DNA of 64,000 bases, from assembly GCA_963603165.1 (NCBI GenBank), contig CAVCLY010000001.1, forward strand, positions 1,860 to 65,859, in the 5' to 3' direction. Below, piece by piece: positions 10,872-20,895 of the stretch. The first letter of the stretch is position 1; each line of letters starts with the position of its first letter. This DNA comes from Faecalibacterium prausnitzii (GTDB taxonomy: Bacteria; Actinomycetota; Coriobacteriia; Coriobacteriales; Coriobacteriaceae). The translations under genes and the position numbers were made by a program. The notes below the pieces were generated by a model that worked only from the letters and a program-made list of their open reading frames with translations, did not search any database and had not been told where the DNA came from.

Positions 10872-10910
10872 AAGGGTCCGGTTTGGAATTTATCCAAGCC
10901 GGGCCCTTTT
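10872..10910 (+). terminator. Intrinsic terminator
   Basis: AAGGGTCCGGTTTGGA...TCCAAGCCGGGCCCTTTT. Confidence 0.75.
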
Positions 10911-11147
10911 CTTGCCTTGCCTTGTTTTGGCGCGCGTTCCAGCAGGAAGGGGAGGGCGTTGAGGCTGCCTACCCTTTTTCGTGCAATCGAAGCGCTTATC
11001 GGGGGCGATGCCTATCGAGCCGGGCACCCTTGCGCGGCGCGCTCTGCAAGATGCCTGCGGCTTTGAGTTTGGGCGCGTAGCCCGAGCGTTATCGTTGCTG
11101 CCCCATGCGATCGCACATGGGGTGGGCGCCTTCGTGGCGCGCGCGTC

Positions 11148-12707
11148 TTAGCGCTCGAGCACGGCGACCGTCTCCACATGGGTCGTGTGCGGGAACATGT
11201 CCACGGGGACGATGCTGAGGAGGCGGTAGCCGGCATCCATGAGCGGGTGCAGGTCGCGCTCCTGTGTTGTGGGGTTGCAGCTGATGTAGACGATGCGGCG
11301 TGGCTGGAGCGCGATCGCGGCCTCGAGGAATTCGGGCGTCGAGCCGGCGCGCGGCGGGTCGATGGAGAGCACGTCGACGCGTTCGTGGTTCGCCGCCGCG
11401 TCGAGTATGTAGTCGGTAGCGTCGTCGGCCACAAACCAGGCGCACCGGCCTAGGTCGTTGAGCTCGGCGTTCTTGCGCGCGTCGGACACGCCAGCGGGGT
11501 TGCGCTCCACGCCGAGCAGCATGATCTTGTTGCCCGCAGATACCGCTTGCTTGGCAGCGCAGAGACCGATGGTGCCGCTGCCGCAGTAGGCATCCATGAG
11601 CACGTCGCCGCTCTTGAGCTCCATGCCGTCGATGGCGATCTGGTAGAGGAGCTCGGTCTGCTCGGGGTTCGTTTGGTAGAACGCGGTGGGCGAGATGTCG
11701 AATCTGCAGCCGAGCAGCTCGTCGCGCAGGGATTCGCGACCGCGGACGATGCGCGTCTCGTCGCCGAGAATAGCGTTGGTCACGCGGTTATTGATGTTCT
11801 GGGCAAGGCAGACGATGCGTGGGTCGATGGCCGCCACGGCGTCGAAGAACTCCTCGGCATGGGGTAGGTCGCGCTGGGCGGTCACAAGGGTGAGCATGAA
11901 CTCATCGGTGCGCCAGCCGGCGCGGAGCACGGCGTAGCGCAAGAGGCCCGTGTGCGCGTCTTCGTTGTAAGCCGGGATCTTGTGCTCCTCGGCCACGCGC
12001 GCGATCTGGTTGAGGATGCGGCGCGCGTCGGGTGCTTCGACCGCGCATGCGGGCACATCGATGATCTGGTGCGTTCCGCGCTTAAAGAAGCCGCAGCGCA
12101 CCGTGCCGTGCGGGCCGGGCGCGAACGGTGTTGCCGCCTTGTGGCGGAATGCGCGCGGGGCCGGGTACTTGCCGCCATCGCCGAGCGTGGCGCCCATGCC
12201 GCGGATGGGCGAGACCTCGATACTTGCCTGGTCGCAGATGCCGGCAAAGAGTTCTGCCATAGCCGCCTGCTTGCGCACGAGTTGCTTTTTGTAGGGGAGA
12301 TTGAGCCATTCGCAGCCGCCGCACTCGTGCATGACGGGGCAGGGCGCCGAGGCGTCGCGACGCTTTGGGATCGCCTTTCCCGGCTTTTGTTTTTTACCAG
12401 CGGAGCCAGCGGTCGTTTTGGCATGGGTATCTTTGGGGCGACGAGCGGTGTTTTGCGAGGTGCGTCCATCCGCGGGCTGAGCTGAGCTTTGTTTTGCCGG
12501 AGTGCGCGCATGATCGGTCGTTAGTCCGGTAGCCTTGCTTTTGCTTGAGCTCGAGACAGAGGCCTTTTTGCGCGCGCTTTTGCCGGCGGCTTTCTTAGAG
12601 CGTGTCGGCTTTTTCTTGCTCTTGCCGGGCTTGGCCTCGCGAGGTACCTCGCCTGATTGCTGCGCCAACGCGCGACGTGCCCTGCGCTCTGCGCGCGATT
12701 CTGCCAT
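11148..12707 (-). CDS. rlmD: 23S rRNA (uracil-C5)-methyltransferase RlmD/RumA with long basic N-terminal extension
   Basis: CPVMHECGGC Fe-S motif, AFYQTN, DAYCGSG, DPPRAG, YISCNP, DMFPHTTHVE. Confidence 0.93.
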   Translation of the reverse strand: MAESRAERRARRALAQQSGEVPREAKPGKSKKKPTRSKKAAGKSARKKASVSSSSKSKATGLTTDHARTPAKQSSAQPADGRTSQNTARRPKDTHAKTTAGSAGKKQKPGKAIPKRRDASAPCPVMHECGGCEWLNLPYKKQLVRKQAAMAELFAGICDQASIEVSPIRGMGATLGDGGKYPAPRAFRHKAATPFAPGPHGTVRCGFFKRGTHQIIDVPACAVEAPDARRILNQIARVAEEHKIPAYNEDAHTGLLRYAVLRAGWRTDEFMLTLVTAQRDLPHAEEFFDAVAAIDPRIVCLAQNINNRVTNAILGDETRIVRGRESLRDELLGCRFDISPTAFYQTNPEQTELLYQIAIDGMELKSGDVLMDAYCGSGTIGLCAAKQAVSAGNKIMLLGVERNPAGVSDARKNAELNDLGRCAWFVADDATDYILDAAANHERVDVLSIDPPRAGSTPEFLEAAIALQPRRIVYISCNPTTQERDLHPLMDAGYRLLSIVPVDMFPHTTHVETVAVLER

Positions 12708-12883
12708 GCTCAACTCCGAAGGTAGGGTGCATATATCTCGGCTTATTGTACCGTGCCGGCTGCGGCCGTCCGTGAATGCCGCCACCCGTTCAAACCTCTA
12801 TGTGCGCGTCTTCGATTTGCGGTTACGGCTGCGCATCTTGTCGGTTCGATTGGGTGCGTTCGGCAAAATTGGTCTCCTTTTGG

Positions 12884-13028
12884 ATCAAACTCCCGAGAAT
12901 GCATGATTGAATTGGAACTTGCCGAGTAGAGGGTCGATTTTGTAAACCGCCAACTGGGCAAACGTCGGCGATTCAGGGGCGGCTAGTCTGAGAATTGAAA
13001 TTCAATCGTGCATTCTCGGGAGTTTGGT
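12884..13028. repeat. 145-bp element with about 30-bp terminal inverted repeats (MITE/REP-like), copy 1
   Basis: ATCAAACTCCCGAGAATGCATGATTGAATT...AATTCAATCGTGCATTCTCGGGAGTTTGGT; colinear second copy at 22781-22925. Confidence 0.9.
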
Positions 13029-13200
13029 TCAAAGCTCAGCTTCCAAACGGCTCTTGCGAGCTCGATTTTCCTTTTCCGGCCAGTTGCTGCTCCGTTCGTG
13101 CGGGAATTTCGGTTCAGAGCCGCGCCCCCGGCGTATGCGCGGCGGGCGAGCGGGTAGCATGGGGTCATATCTTCTAGTAGAAGCTATTGAAGGGAGCCCC

Positions 13201-15867
13201 GTGCTCGAACTCAAGAACATAACCAAGGAGTACTCCTCGGGCGATGCGCGCGTGCAGGCGCTCAAGGGTGTGTCTGCAACCTTCCGCGACCGGGAGTTCG
13301 TGAGCATCCTCGGCCAGTCCGGTTGTGGCAAGACGACCCTGCTCAACATCATCGGCGGGCTCGACCACTACACGACGGGCGACCTCGTGATCAACGGGCG
13401 CTCCACCAAGAGCTACTCCGACAAGGACTGGGACACCTACCGCAACCACAGCGTGGGGTTCGTGTTCCAGAGCTACAACTTGATCCCGCATCAGAGCGTG
13501 ATCGCCAATGTTGAGATGGCGCTGCTGCTCTCGGGCACCCCGCGTGCCGAGCGCCGCGTCCGTGCGGAGGAGGCCCTGCGCCGCGTGGGGCTTGCCGAGC
13601 AGATGAACAAGCGGCCCAACCAGCTCTCGGGCGGTCAGATGCAGCGCGTGGCCATCGCGCGCGCTATCGTCAACGACCCCGAGATCATCCTCGCCGACGA
13701 GCCGACCGGCGCGCTCGACACGCAGACTTCCGTCGAGGTGATGGAGATCCTGCACGAGCTCTCGCGCGATCGCCTGGTAATCATGGTCACGCACAACCCA
13801 CAGCTCGCCGAGGAGTACTCCGACCGTATCGTGCGCATCCAAGACGGCGTGCTCACGAGCGACACCAACCCGTGCGATGCGAACTCGCTCACGCAGGAGC
13901 AGGTGGCAGAGCACGCGGCGGTCGACGCCGCCAAGGGCAAGCGTTCCATGAGCTACCTTTCGGCCGTGCGTCTCTCGTTCACCAACCTCATGACCAAAAA
14001 GGGCCGCACGCTGCTCACGGCGTTTGCGGGTTCGATCGGCATCATCGGCATCGCGCTCATCCTCTCGCTTTCGGACGGCGCGCAGAACTACATCGCGCGC
14101 ACAGAGCAGTCCACGATGGGTGAATACCCGCTTACGATCCAAGAGAGTTCGGTCGACATGTCGAGCATCATGTCGATGCTGATGGGGCAGGGCAAGAGTA
14201 GCTCCAAAAAGAACAAGTCGGGCAAGGTCGAGAGCAAGGACCTGGTGACCGACATGGTGACGAGCGTTGCCGGCGGCGCCAACCGCAACGACATGCGCGC
14301 CGTCAAGAAGTGGCTCGAGAAGAACCCGGGCAACCTCAACAGCTACGTATCGGATATCCAGTACACCTATTCCACGCCGATCGACGTCTACAAGAGCGAC
14401 ACCTCCGAGGGTGCCGTGCAGGTGAACCCGGCGACCGTGATGGACTCGCTCGGGTTCTCGACGAGCGGCAGCACGCAGAGCGAGATGATGAGCTCCATGA
14501 GCGCATCGGGCGGCAGCAGCTACGACGTGTGGACACAGCTGCTCTCGAACAAAAAGACCTGGAAGCGCGACTACGACGTGGTGGCCGGACACATGCCCAA
14601 GAGCTGGAACGAGGTCGTGATCTATGTTGACGAGAACGATCGCATCTCGGACTACACGCTCTATGCGCTGGGGCTGCTCGACCAGAGCGACCTCAAGGGC
14701 ATGATGGCCGACGTGGTGGCCGGCAAAGAGGTCGACAAGATCGAGAAGACGAGCTACACCTACGACGAGCTCATGGACCTCACCTTTAAGCTCGTGCCCG
14801 AGACCGCAAAGTACGAGCAGCAGGGGAGCGTGTGGGTCGACCGTTCGGATGACACCGACTACATGAAGAGCGCGGTCGACGGCGCGGAGACCGTCAAGGT
14901 GGTCGGCATCGTGCGCCCGAGCGCCGACAACTCCGGCGGGAGCAAATGGGGCTCGGTGCTCTATACGCCCGAGCTCATGGAGCGCATGGTGAGCGCGGTG
15001 GACGAAAGCGCGGTCGTGGCGGCCCAGCGCGCGAGCGAGGACGTGGACATATTTACCGGCCTGCCCTTCCAAGATTCCGACGAGGACCTCACCATGGAGG
15101 GCCTGGAGCAGATGATCGAGAAGATGCCCGCCGAGACCGCGGCGCAGATGCGCGCCTATGTTGAGAACATGCGCCAGCAGGGCTCGACCGACGAGCAGAT
15201 CGTGGCGGCGTTCCAAAAGATGGTCGATTCCAAGACCGATAACGCGAGCTACGACGGCAACCTGAGCAAGCTCGGCGTGGCGGACCTCGACGAGCCGTAT
15301 GCGGTGAACATCTATCCCAAGGACTTTGAGGCCAAGGAGAAGATCGACGACATCATCGAGGCTCACAACGACAAGCTCAAGCGCGCGGGCAAGGAGGACG
15401 AGCAGATCCGCTATACCGATATCGTGGGCACCATGATGTCGAGCGTGACCGATATCGTGAACGCGATCACCTACATCCTCGTGGCGTTTGTGGCGATCTC
15501 GCTGGTGGTGAGCTCGATCATGATCGGCATCATCACCTACATCAGCGTGCTCGAGCGCACCAAGGAGATCGGCATCTTGCGCGCGATCGGCGCGAGCAAG
15601 CGTGACGTGAGCCGCGTATTCAATGCGGAGACGTTCATCATCGGCCTGGTGGCGGGCCTGTTGGGCGTTGGTATAACGGCGCTTTTGGATATTCCGATCA
15701 ACATGGTGATCGAGAAGGTGGCCGGTGTGGCGAACCTTGCCGCGGTGCCGGTCGGCGCGGGTGCGGCGCTCGTGCTCGTGAGCGTGCTCCTCACGCTCGT
15801 GGGCGGCCTCATCCCGAGCCGCATCGCCGCTAAGAAGGACCCGGTTGCGGCACTCAGGAGTGAATAA
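13201..15867 (+). CDS. Fused ABC ATPase/FtsX-type permease (MacB-like)
   Basis: GQSGCGKT, LSGGQ, LADEPTGALD, N-terminal TM, large external domain, SVLERTKEIGILRAIGA, DPVAALR; GTG start after AAGGGAG. Confidence 0.92.
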   Translation: MLELKNITKEYSSGDARVQALKGVSATFRDREFVSILGQSGCGKTTLLNIIGGLDHYTTGDLVINGRSTKSYSDKDWDTYRNHSVGFVFQSYNLIPHQSVIANVEMALLLSGTPRAERRVRAEEALRRVGLAEQMNKRPNQLSGGQMQRVAIARAIVNDPEIILADEPTGALDTQTSVEVMEILHELSRDRLVIMVTHNPQLAEEYSDRIVRIQDGVLTSDTNPCDANSLTQEQVAEHAAVDAAKGKRSMSYLSAVRLSFTNLMTKKGRTLLTAFAGSIGIIGIALILSLSDGAQNYIARTEQSTMGEYPLTIQESSVDMSSIMSMLMGQGKSSSKKNKSGKVESKDLVTDMVTSVAGGANRNDMRAVKKWLEKNPGNLNSYVSDIQYTYSTPIDVYKSDTSEGAVQVNPATVMDSLGFSTSGSTQSEMMSSMSASGGSSYDVWTQLLSNKKTWKRDYDVVAGHMPKSWNEVVIYVDENDRISDYTLYALGLLDQSDLKGMMADVVAGKEVDKIEKTSYTYDELMDLTFKLVPETAKYEQQGSVWVDRSDDTDYMKSAVDGAETVKVVGIVRPSADNSGGSKWGSVLYTPELMERMVSAVDESAVVAAQRASEDVDIFTGLPFQDSDEDLTMEGLEQMIEKMPAETAAQMRAYVENMRQQGSTDEQIVAAFQKMVDSKTDNASYDGNLSKLGVADLDEPYAVNIYPKDFEAKEKIDDIIEAHNDKLKRAGKEDEQIRYTDIVGTMMSSVTDIVNAITYILVAFVAISLVVSSIMIGIITYISVLERTKEIGILRAIGASKRDVSRVFNAETFIIGLVAGLLGVGITALLDIPINMVIEKVAGVANLAAVPVGAGAALVLVSVLLTLVGGLIPSRIAAKKDPVAALRSE

Positions 15868-15903
15868 GAAAACCAAGACGAGGAACTTAGGTTGAGTTGA
15901 GTA

Positions 15904-16020
15904 GGCCGGGGAGGCGGGGTAAGGCCTGATGTGAGTTCTGCGCGAGCCGGAGAGCACTTAATGTGCTCTCCGCGCGAGCAGGACTGCCCGAGCAACAGGC
16001 CTTACCCCGCTTTCCCGGCC
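15904..16020. repeat. Nested long inverted repeat (REP/MITE-like hairpin)
   Basis: GGCCGGGGAGGCGGGGTAAGGCCTG pairs with CAGGCCTTACCCCGCTTTCCCGGCC; inner hairpin GGAGAGCAC-TTAAT-GTGCTCTCC. Confidence 0.8.
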
Positions 16021-16050
16021 GGACAACCAGTGAACCCTCTGTTAATCGCC

Positions 16051-16116
16051 TTGTACTGCATCACGCTAAAGTGTATGATTCTGACCGTCGAATCGAACAC
16101 TTTAGTTAGCTAAAGT
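16051..16116 (+). promoter_or_regulatory. Promoter of amino-acid ABC operon with two related palindromic boxes
   Basis: TTGTAC-17-TATGAT; ACTGCATCACGCTAAAGT (16055-16072) and ACTTTAGTTAGCTAAAGT (16099-16116). Confidence 0.6.
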
Positions 16117-16132
16117 ACTTGGAAGGATGCTC

Positions 16133-16987
16133 ATGGACACCAACATCTCGCGTCGTGGATTCATCGGCCTCGCCGGCTCCGCTGCAACCGTGCTCGGCCT
16201 CGGCCTCGTGGGCTGCGGCGGCAGCTCCGCCTCGGGTTCCGCCTCGACCGACAAGGTCGAGGGCGCGGCCGTCACCAAGAAGCTGGTCGTGGGCTTTGAC
16301 CAGGAGTACCCGCCCTATGGCTTTAAGGGCGATGACGGTGAGTTCACCGGCTTTGACCTCGACCTTGCCCAGGCCGTTGCCGACAAGCAGGGCTGGAAGG
16401 TCAAGCTTGAGGCCATCGACTGGGACGCCAAGGACACGCTCCTCAACTCGGGCGCCATCAACTGCATCTGGAACGGCTTTACCAAGGAGGGCCGCGAGGG
16501 CCAGTACACCTTCTCCAAGAGCTACATGCTCAACGAGCAGGTCATCGTGGTTAAAAAGGACAGCGGCATCTCCGACTGGAAGGGCCTCGACGGCAAGACG
16601 GTCGTGACCCAGACCGATTCCGCCGCGCAGGACGTGCTCGAGGGCGACCAGAAAAAGCTCAGCGCCACCTTTGCGGGCGGCGAGGTGCAGACCATCGGCG
16701 ACTACAACACCGCCTTCATGCAGCTCGAGTCGGGCGCGGTCGATGCCGTTGCCTGCGACCTCTCGATCGCGGCCTATCAGCTCGCCGCCAAGCCCGATGC
16801 CTACACGCAGCTCAAAAAGCCGCTCTCCGAGGAGCACTACGCTGTGGGCTTTAAGAAGGGCGACAAGAAGACGGCCAAGGCCGTGAACGAGAGCCTGAAG
16901 GAGCTCTACGCCGACGGCACCGTGCAGCAGCTCTGCGAGAAGTACGCGAGCTACGGCATGAGCTACGACAACTGGATCCTCAAGTAA
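16133..16987 (+). CDS. Polar amino-acid ABC transporter substrate-binding lipoprotein (Tat-type signal)
   Basis: ISRRGFIG twin-arginine, LVGC lipobox, VGFDQEYPPYGF...GFDLDLA...IDWD (SBP_bac_3). Confidence 0.93.
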   Translation: MDTNISRRGFIGLAGSAATVLGLGLVGCGGSSASGSASTDKVEGAAVTKKLVVGFDQEYPPYGFKGDDGEFTGFDLDLAQAVADKQGWKVKLEAIDWDAKDTLLNSGAINCIWNGFTKEGREGQYTFSKSYMLNEQVIVVKKDSGISDWKGLDGKTVVTQTDSAAQDVLEGDQKKLSATFAGGEVQTIGDYNTAFMQLESGAVDAVACDLSIAAYQLAAKPDAYTQLKKPLSEEHYAVGFKKGDKKTAKAVNESLKELYADGTVQQLCEKYASYGMSYDNWILK

Positions 16988-17104
16988 GAGGCCGCCCGTT
17001 TTGCGGCCACCCGCATGCGGCGGAGCTGGCTTAAGATCGTTCAGACGGCAAGACGCCCGGGGTCGTGCATGCGGCTCCGGGCTTGCGCATGAAAGCGAGG
17101 ACAC

Positions 17105-17758
17105 GTGTCCATACAGGTGATGATGCAGATGCTCGGCCAGGGATTCCTGGTCTCGTTGCAGGTGTTCGTCCTGACGCTCATCGGGTCGGTGCCGCTCGGC
17201 ATCCCGCTGGCGTTCATGCGCATGAGCAAGTTCCCCCCGCTGCGCTGGATCGCGCGCGTGTACATCTCGATCATGCGCGGAACGCCGCTCATGCTGCAGA
17301 TGTTCGCCATCTACTTTGCGCCTTACTACGTGTTCGGCATCCAGCTGACCCCGGACTCCAAGTGGTACGCCTGCATCGTGGCGTTCATCATCAACTACGC
17401 GGCCTACTTCGCCGAGATCTACCGCTCGGGCCTGCAGTCGATCCCGCGCGGCCAGTACGAGGCAGCCGAGGTGCTCGGCTACACCAAGAGCCAGACCTTC
17501 TTCTACATCGTGCTGCCGCAGGTATTCAAGCGAATCTTGCCCGCCATGGGCAACGAGATCATCACGCTCGTCAAAGACACCTCGCTGGCGTTCGCCATCG
17601 GCGTGGCCGAGATGTTCTCGACCGCCAAGGCGCTCGTGGCCTCGCAGGTGAGCATGGTGCCGTTCGCCATCGCCGCCGCTATCTACTGGGTGTTCAACTT
17701 TGTGGTCGAGATGGCGCTCGGCCAGTGCGAGAAGAAGCTCGACTACTACCACGACTAG
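17105..17758 (+). CDS. Polar amino-acid ABC transporter permease
   Basis: RGTPLMLQ, AAYFAEIYRSG, GQYEAA, LVKDTSL. Confidence 0.95.
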   Translation: MSIQVMMQMLGQGFLVSLQVFVLTLIGSVPLGIPLAFMRMSKFPPLRWIARVYISIMRGTPLMLQMFAIYFAPYYVFGIQLTPDSKWYACIVAFIINYAAYFAEIYRSGLQSIPRGQYEAAEVLGYTKSQTFFYIVLPQVFKRILPAMGNEIITLVKDTSLAFAIGVAEMFSTAKALVASQVSMVPFAIAAAIYWVFNFVVEMALGQCEKKLDYYHD

Positions 17759-17854
17759 GGCATTTGCCCGCCGCGCTCGCTACGCCTGATGCGCCGATGC
17801 GGCGGACGCTCCCGGCTCCCCGCCCGCCGACCTGCCCGACACATGGAGGTTCCC

Positions 17855-18619
17855 ATGGCTGATGCCGTTATGAAGATCGAGAACGCACGTAAGGCGTTCG
17901 GTGACAACGAGGTTCTCAAGGACATCTCGCTCGAGGTGGCCAGGGGCGAGGTCGTGGCTATCATCGGACCCTCGGGCGGCGGCAAGTCGACCCTGCTCCG
18001 TTGCGCCACCATGCTCGAGACGCTCGACGGCGGCTCGCTCGCCTTCGGCGACGTTGCGGTGGCGACCGACGAGGGCGGCCGCGCGGTCTATGCCAAGGGT
18101 GATGCGGCCCAGCGCGCCCGCACCCACTTTGGCCTGGTGTTTCAGAACTACAACCTGTTTCCGCACTACACCGTGCTGCGCAACATCTCCGATGCACCCG
18201 TGCGCGTGCAGAAAAAGTCGCGTGCCGAAGCCGAGGAGCATGCACGGGAGCTGATCGCCAAGATGGGGCTTACCGGCAACGAGAACAAGGTGCCCTGCGA
18301 GCTCTCGGGAGGCCAGCAGCAGCGCGTGAGCATCGCGCGCGCCCTTGCCCTCAACCCCGAGATCCTCTTTTTTGACGAGCCGACCTCGGCGCTCGACCCT
18401 GAGCTCACCGCCGAGGTGCTCCGCGTGATCAAGAGCCTTGCGGCCGAGAACATGACGATGGTGATCGTGACGCATGCCATGCAGTTCGCGCGCGACGTGG
18501 CCGACCGCGTGGTCTTTATGGACGGCGGGCGCATTGTAGAGGAGGGGCCGGCCAAGGAGGTCATCGACAACCCGCGCGAGGCCCGTACCCGCGAATTCCT
18601 CGCGCGCATCGACGGATAG
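17855..18619 (+). CDS. Polar amino-acid ABC transporter ATP-binding protein
   Basis: GPSGGGKS, LSGGQQQR, FDEPTSALDPEL; GGAGG RBS. Confidence 0.95.
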   Translation: MADAVMKIENARKAFGDNEVLKDISLEVARGEVVAIIGPSGGGKSTLLRCATMLETLDGGSLAFGDVAVATDEGGRAVYAKGDAAQRARTHFGLVFQNYNLFPHYTVLRNISDAPVRVQKKSRAEAEEHARELIAKMGLTGNENKVPCELSGGQQQRVSIARALALNPEILFFDEPTSALDPELTAEVLRVIKSLAAENMTMVIVTHAMQFARDVADRVVFMDGGRIVEEGPAKEVIDNPREARTREFLARIDG

Positions 18620-18797
18620 CGGCCTTACTCGCCGCGCTTGCCGAAAGGCCCGATAGCACCTGGCGCCCTGCGGGTAGGGTGAGGCCAAGGATATCGGTTG
18701 GCGCGGCGGCATGTGCTGCTCGGCCTGCTCCTCGATCGGCTGCCCTGCGCCTTCCTCGAACGCGTGCGTCTGGTGCGCGCGGATAAGGAGGTAAGCC

Positions 18798-20876
18798 ATG
18801 GGTGCTCCCAAAACCGGCAATGTGAGGAACGTGGTTCTCGTAGGCCAAGGCGGGGTGGGCAAGACCTCGCTCGCGGAGGCCATGCTCCACCTATCCGGAA
18901 AGACGCAGCGCCTGGGCGGCCACGACGGCACAAAGCCCACGCTCGATTACGACCCCGAAGAGGTCAAACGCGAGTTTTCAATCTCGACCACCATCGCGCC
19001 TATCGACTGGAAGGGCGCGCGCGTGAACGTGCTCGACGCGCCGTGCTATCCCGACTTTATCGGCGACGCCTACGCCGCCATGAGCGTATGCGAGACGGCG
19101 CTCTTTGTGGTCGACGCCGAGGCCGGTCCGCAGCCGACGACCGTCAAGCTCTGGTATGCGGCCGAGGACCTGCGCCTCGCACGCGCCGTGTTCGTGAACC
19201 GCCTCTCGCGCCCCGAGGCGAACTTTGAGACCACGATGGCACTTTTGCAGGAACGGTTCGGCACGCGCCTGGGCGCCGTGACCCTGCCATGGGGCGAGGG
19301 CGAGGCGTTCGACGGAATCATCGACCTCGTGCGCATGAAGGCCCGCCACTGCAACGGCACCGACCAGACCGAGAGCGAGATTCCCGAGGAGCTGCGCGCC
19401 CAGGCCGAAGAGGCGCACGACAAGCTCTGCGAGCTCGTGGCCGAGGCCGACGATGATCTCATGATGAAGTACCTCGAGGGCGGGCAGCTCACGCAGGAGG
19501 AGCTCGAGGGCCTGCTCTCGCGCGCGATCGCCGAGCGCATCTTTGTGCCGGTGTTCGCGGGCGACTGCATAAAGGAGCAGGGCGTCAACTCGCTCATGGA
19601 CGACATCGCCACGTACTTCCCCGCGCCGACCGACTACGGCGAGATGCCGCTCATCGACGGCGACTCACTCAAGATTTCGAGCGACGACACGCGCCCGGTG
19701 GCCTTTGTGTTCAAGACACTCGCCGACTCGCAGCAGGGGCGCATCAGCTTTATCAAGGTGCTCACGGGCACGCTGACCTCGGGTCTTGAACTCGTGAACG
19801 CGCGCACGCGCAGGTCCGAGCGCTTGGCGCATCTCTATGTGATGTGCGGGCGCGAAACCACCGAGGTCGAGCACGCCTATGCCGGTGACATCATCGTGGT
19901 GCCCAAGCTCGCCGCCGAGACGGGCGACACGCTTTCGGCCACCGGAAAGGTTGAGGCCGCGGCGTTCGCGTTCCCCAACTCGCAGTACCGGATCGCCATC
20001 GAGGCCGAGAACCGCGGCGACGAGGAGAAGCTCTACACGTTTATCGAGAAGGCATGCAAGGCCGACCCGACCATGAGTATCGACCGCAACGAGGAGACGG
20101 GGCAGACCGTGATCTCGGCGGTGGGCGAGGCGCAGGTGTCGGTGCTGCTCAACCGGCTCGAGGACCGCACCAAGGTTTCGGCGCACATCGTGCCGATCCG
20201 CATTCCGTATCGCGAGACCATCCGTCGCACGGCGAGTGCCCAGGGCCGCCATAAAAAGCAGACGGGCGGCGCCGGCCAGTACGGCGATTGCTGGCTGCGC
20301 GTGGAGCCGCTCCTGAGCGCTAACGGCACGAGCGAGGGGTACGAGTTCGGCGACGAGGTCGTGGGCGGCCGCATTCCGCGCTCGCTGATCCCGGCGGTCG
20401 ACAAGGGCGTGCAGGAGACCATGAAGGACGGCATCATCGCCGGCTACCCGCTCACCGGTATCCGCGCGGTGGTCTATGACGGGTCGTATCACAGCGTGGA
20501 CTCCAACGAGATGGCGTTCCGTGCGGCGGCACGCATCGCGCTGCGCAAGGCCTGCGCCGATGCCGACCCGGTGGTGCTCGAACCCATGGAAGAGATCACC
20601 GTCACTATTCCCGAGGCCTACGCCGGAGCCGTGATGGGCGACGTCTCGGCCTCGCGCGGCCGCGTGACGGGCATGGATACCGACGAGCGCGGCAACACCG
20701 TGGTCGTGGCCACGGCGCCCCTGGCCGAGCTCACCGATTACTCCACGCGCCTGCGGAGCATTACGCGCGGAACCGGCGACTTTACCATGGAGCCCGCCGG
20801 CTACGAGCAGGTGCCGCACGACGTGCAGGCCAAGCTCGTGGCGCGCTACGAGGAGGGTCGCGCTGCCGGTAGGTAG
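18798..20876 (+). CDS. Elongation factor G paralog (EF-G2/FusA2) with degenerate GTPase motifs
   Basis: 692 aa; PYRETIR, HKKQTGGAGQYG, DGSYHSVDSNEMAF, LEP, MGDVSASRGRV; G1 GQGGVGKTS. Confidence 0.92.
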   Translation: MGAPKTGNVRNVVLVGQGGVGKTSLAEAMLHLSGKTQRLGGHDGTKPTLDYDPEEVKREFSISTTIAPIDWKGARVNVLDAPCYPDFIGDAYAAMSVCETALFVVDAEAGPQPTTVKLWYAAEDLRLARAVFVNRLSRPEANFETTMALLQERFGTRLGAVTLPWGEGEAFDGIIDLVRMKARHCNGTDQTESEIPEELRAQAEEAHDKLCELVAEADDDLMMKYLEGGQLTQEELEGLLSRAIAERIFVPVFAGDCIKEQGVNSLMDDIATYFPAPTDYGEMPLIDGDSLKISSDDTRPVAFVFKTLADSQQGRISFIKVLTGTLTSGLELVNARTRRSERLAHLYVMCGRETTEVEHAYAGDIIVVPKLAAETGDTLSATGKVEAAAFAFPNSQYRIAIEAENRGDEEKLYTFIEKACKADPTMSIDRNEETGQTVISAVGEAQVSVLLNRLEDRTKVSAHIVPIRIPYRETIRRTASAQGRHKKQTGGAGQYGDCWLRVEPLLSANGTSEGYEFGDEVVGGRIPRSLIPAVDKGVQETMKDGIIAGYPLTGIRAVVYDGSYHSVDSNEMAFRAAARIALRKACADADPVVLEPMEEITVTIPEAYAGAVMGDVSASRGRVTGMDTDERGNTVVVATAPLAELTDYSTRLRSITRGTGDFTMEPAGYEQVPHDVQAKLVARYEEGRAAGR

Positions 20877-20895
20877 GTGTGGGGCGGGCTGCCCC

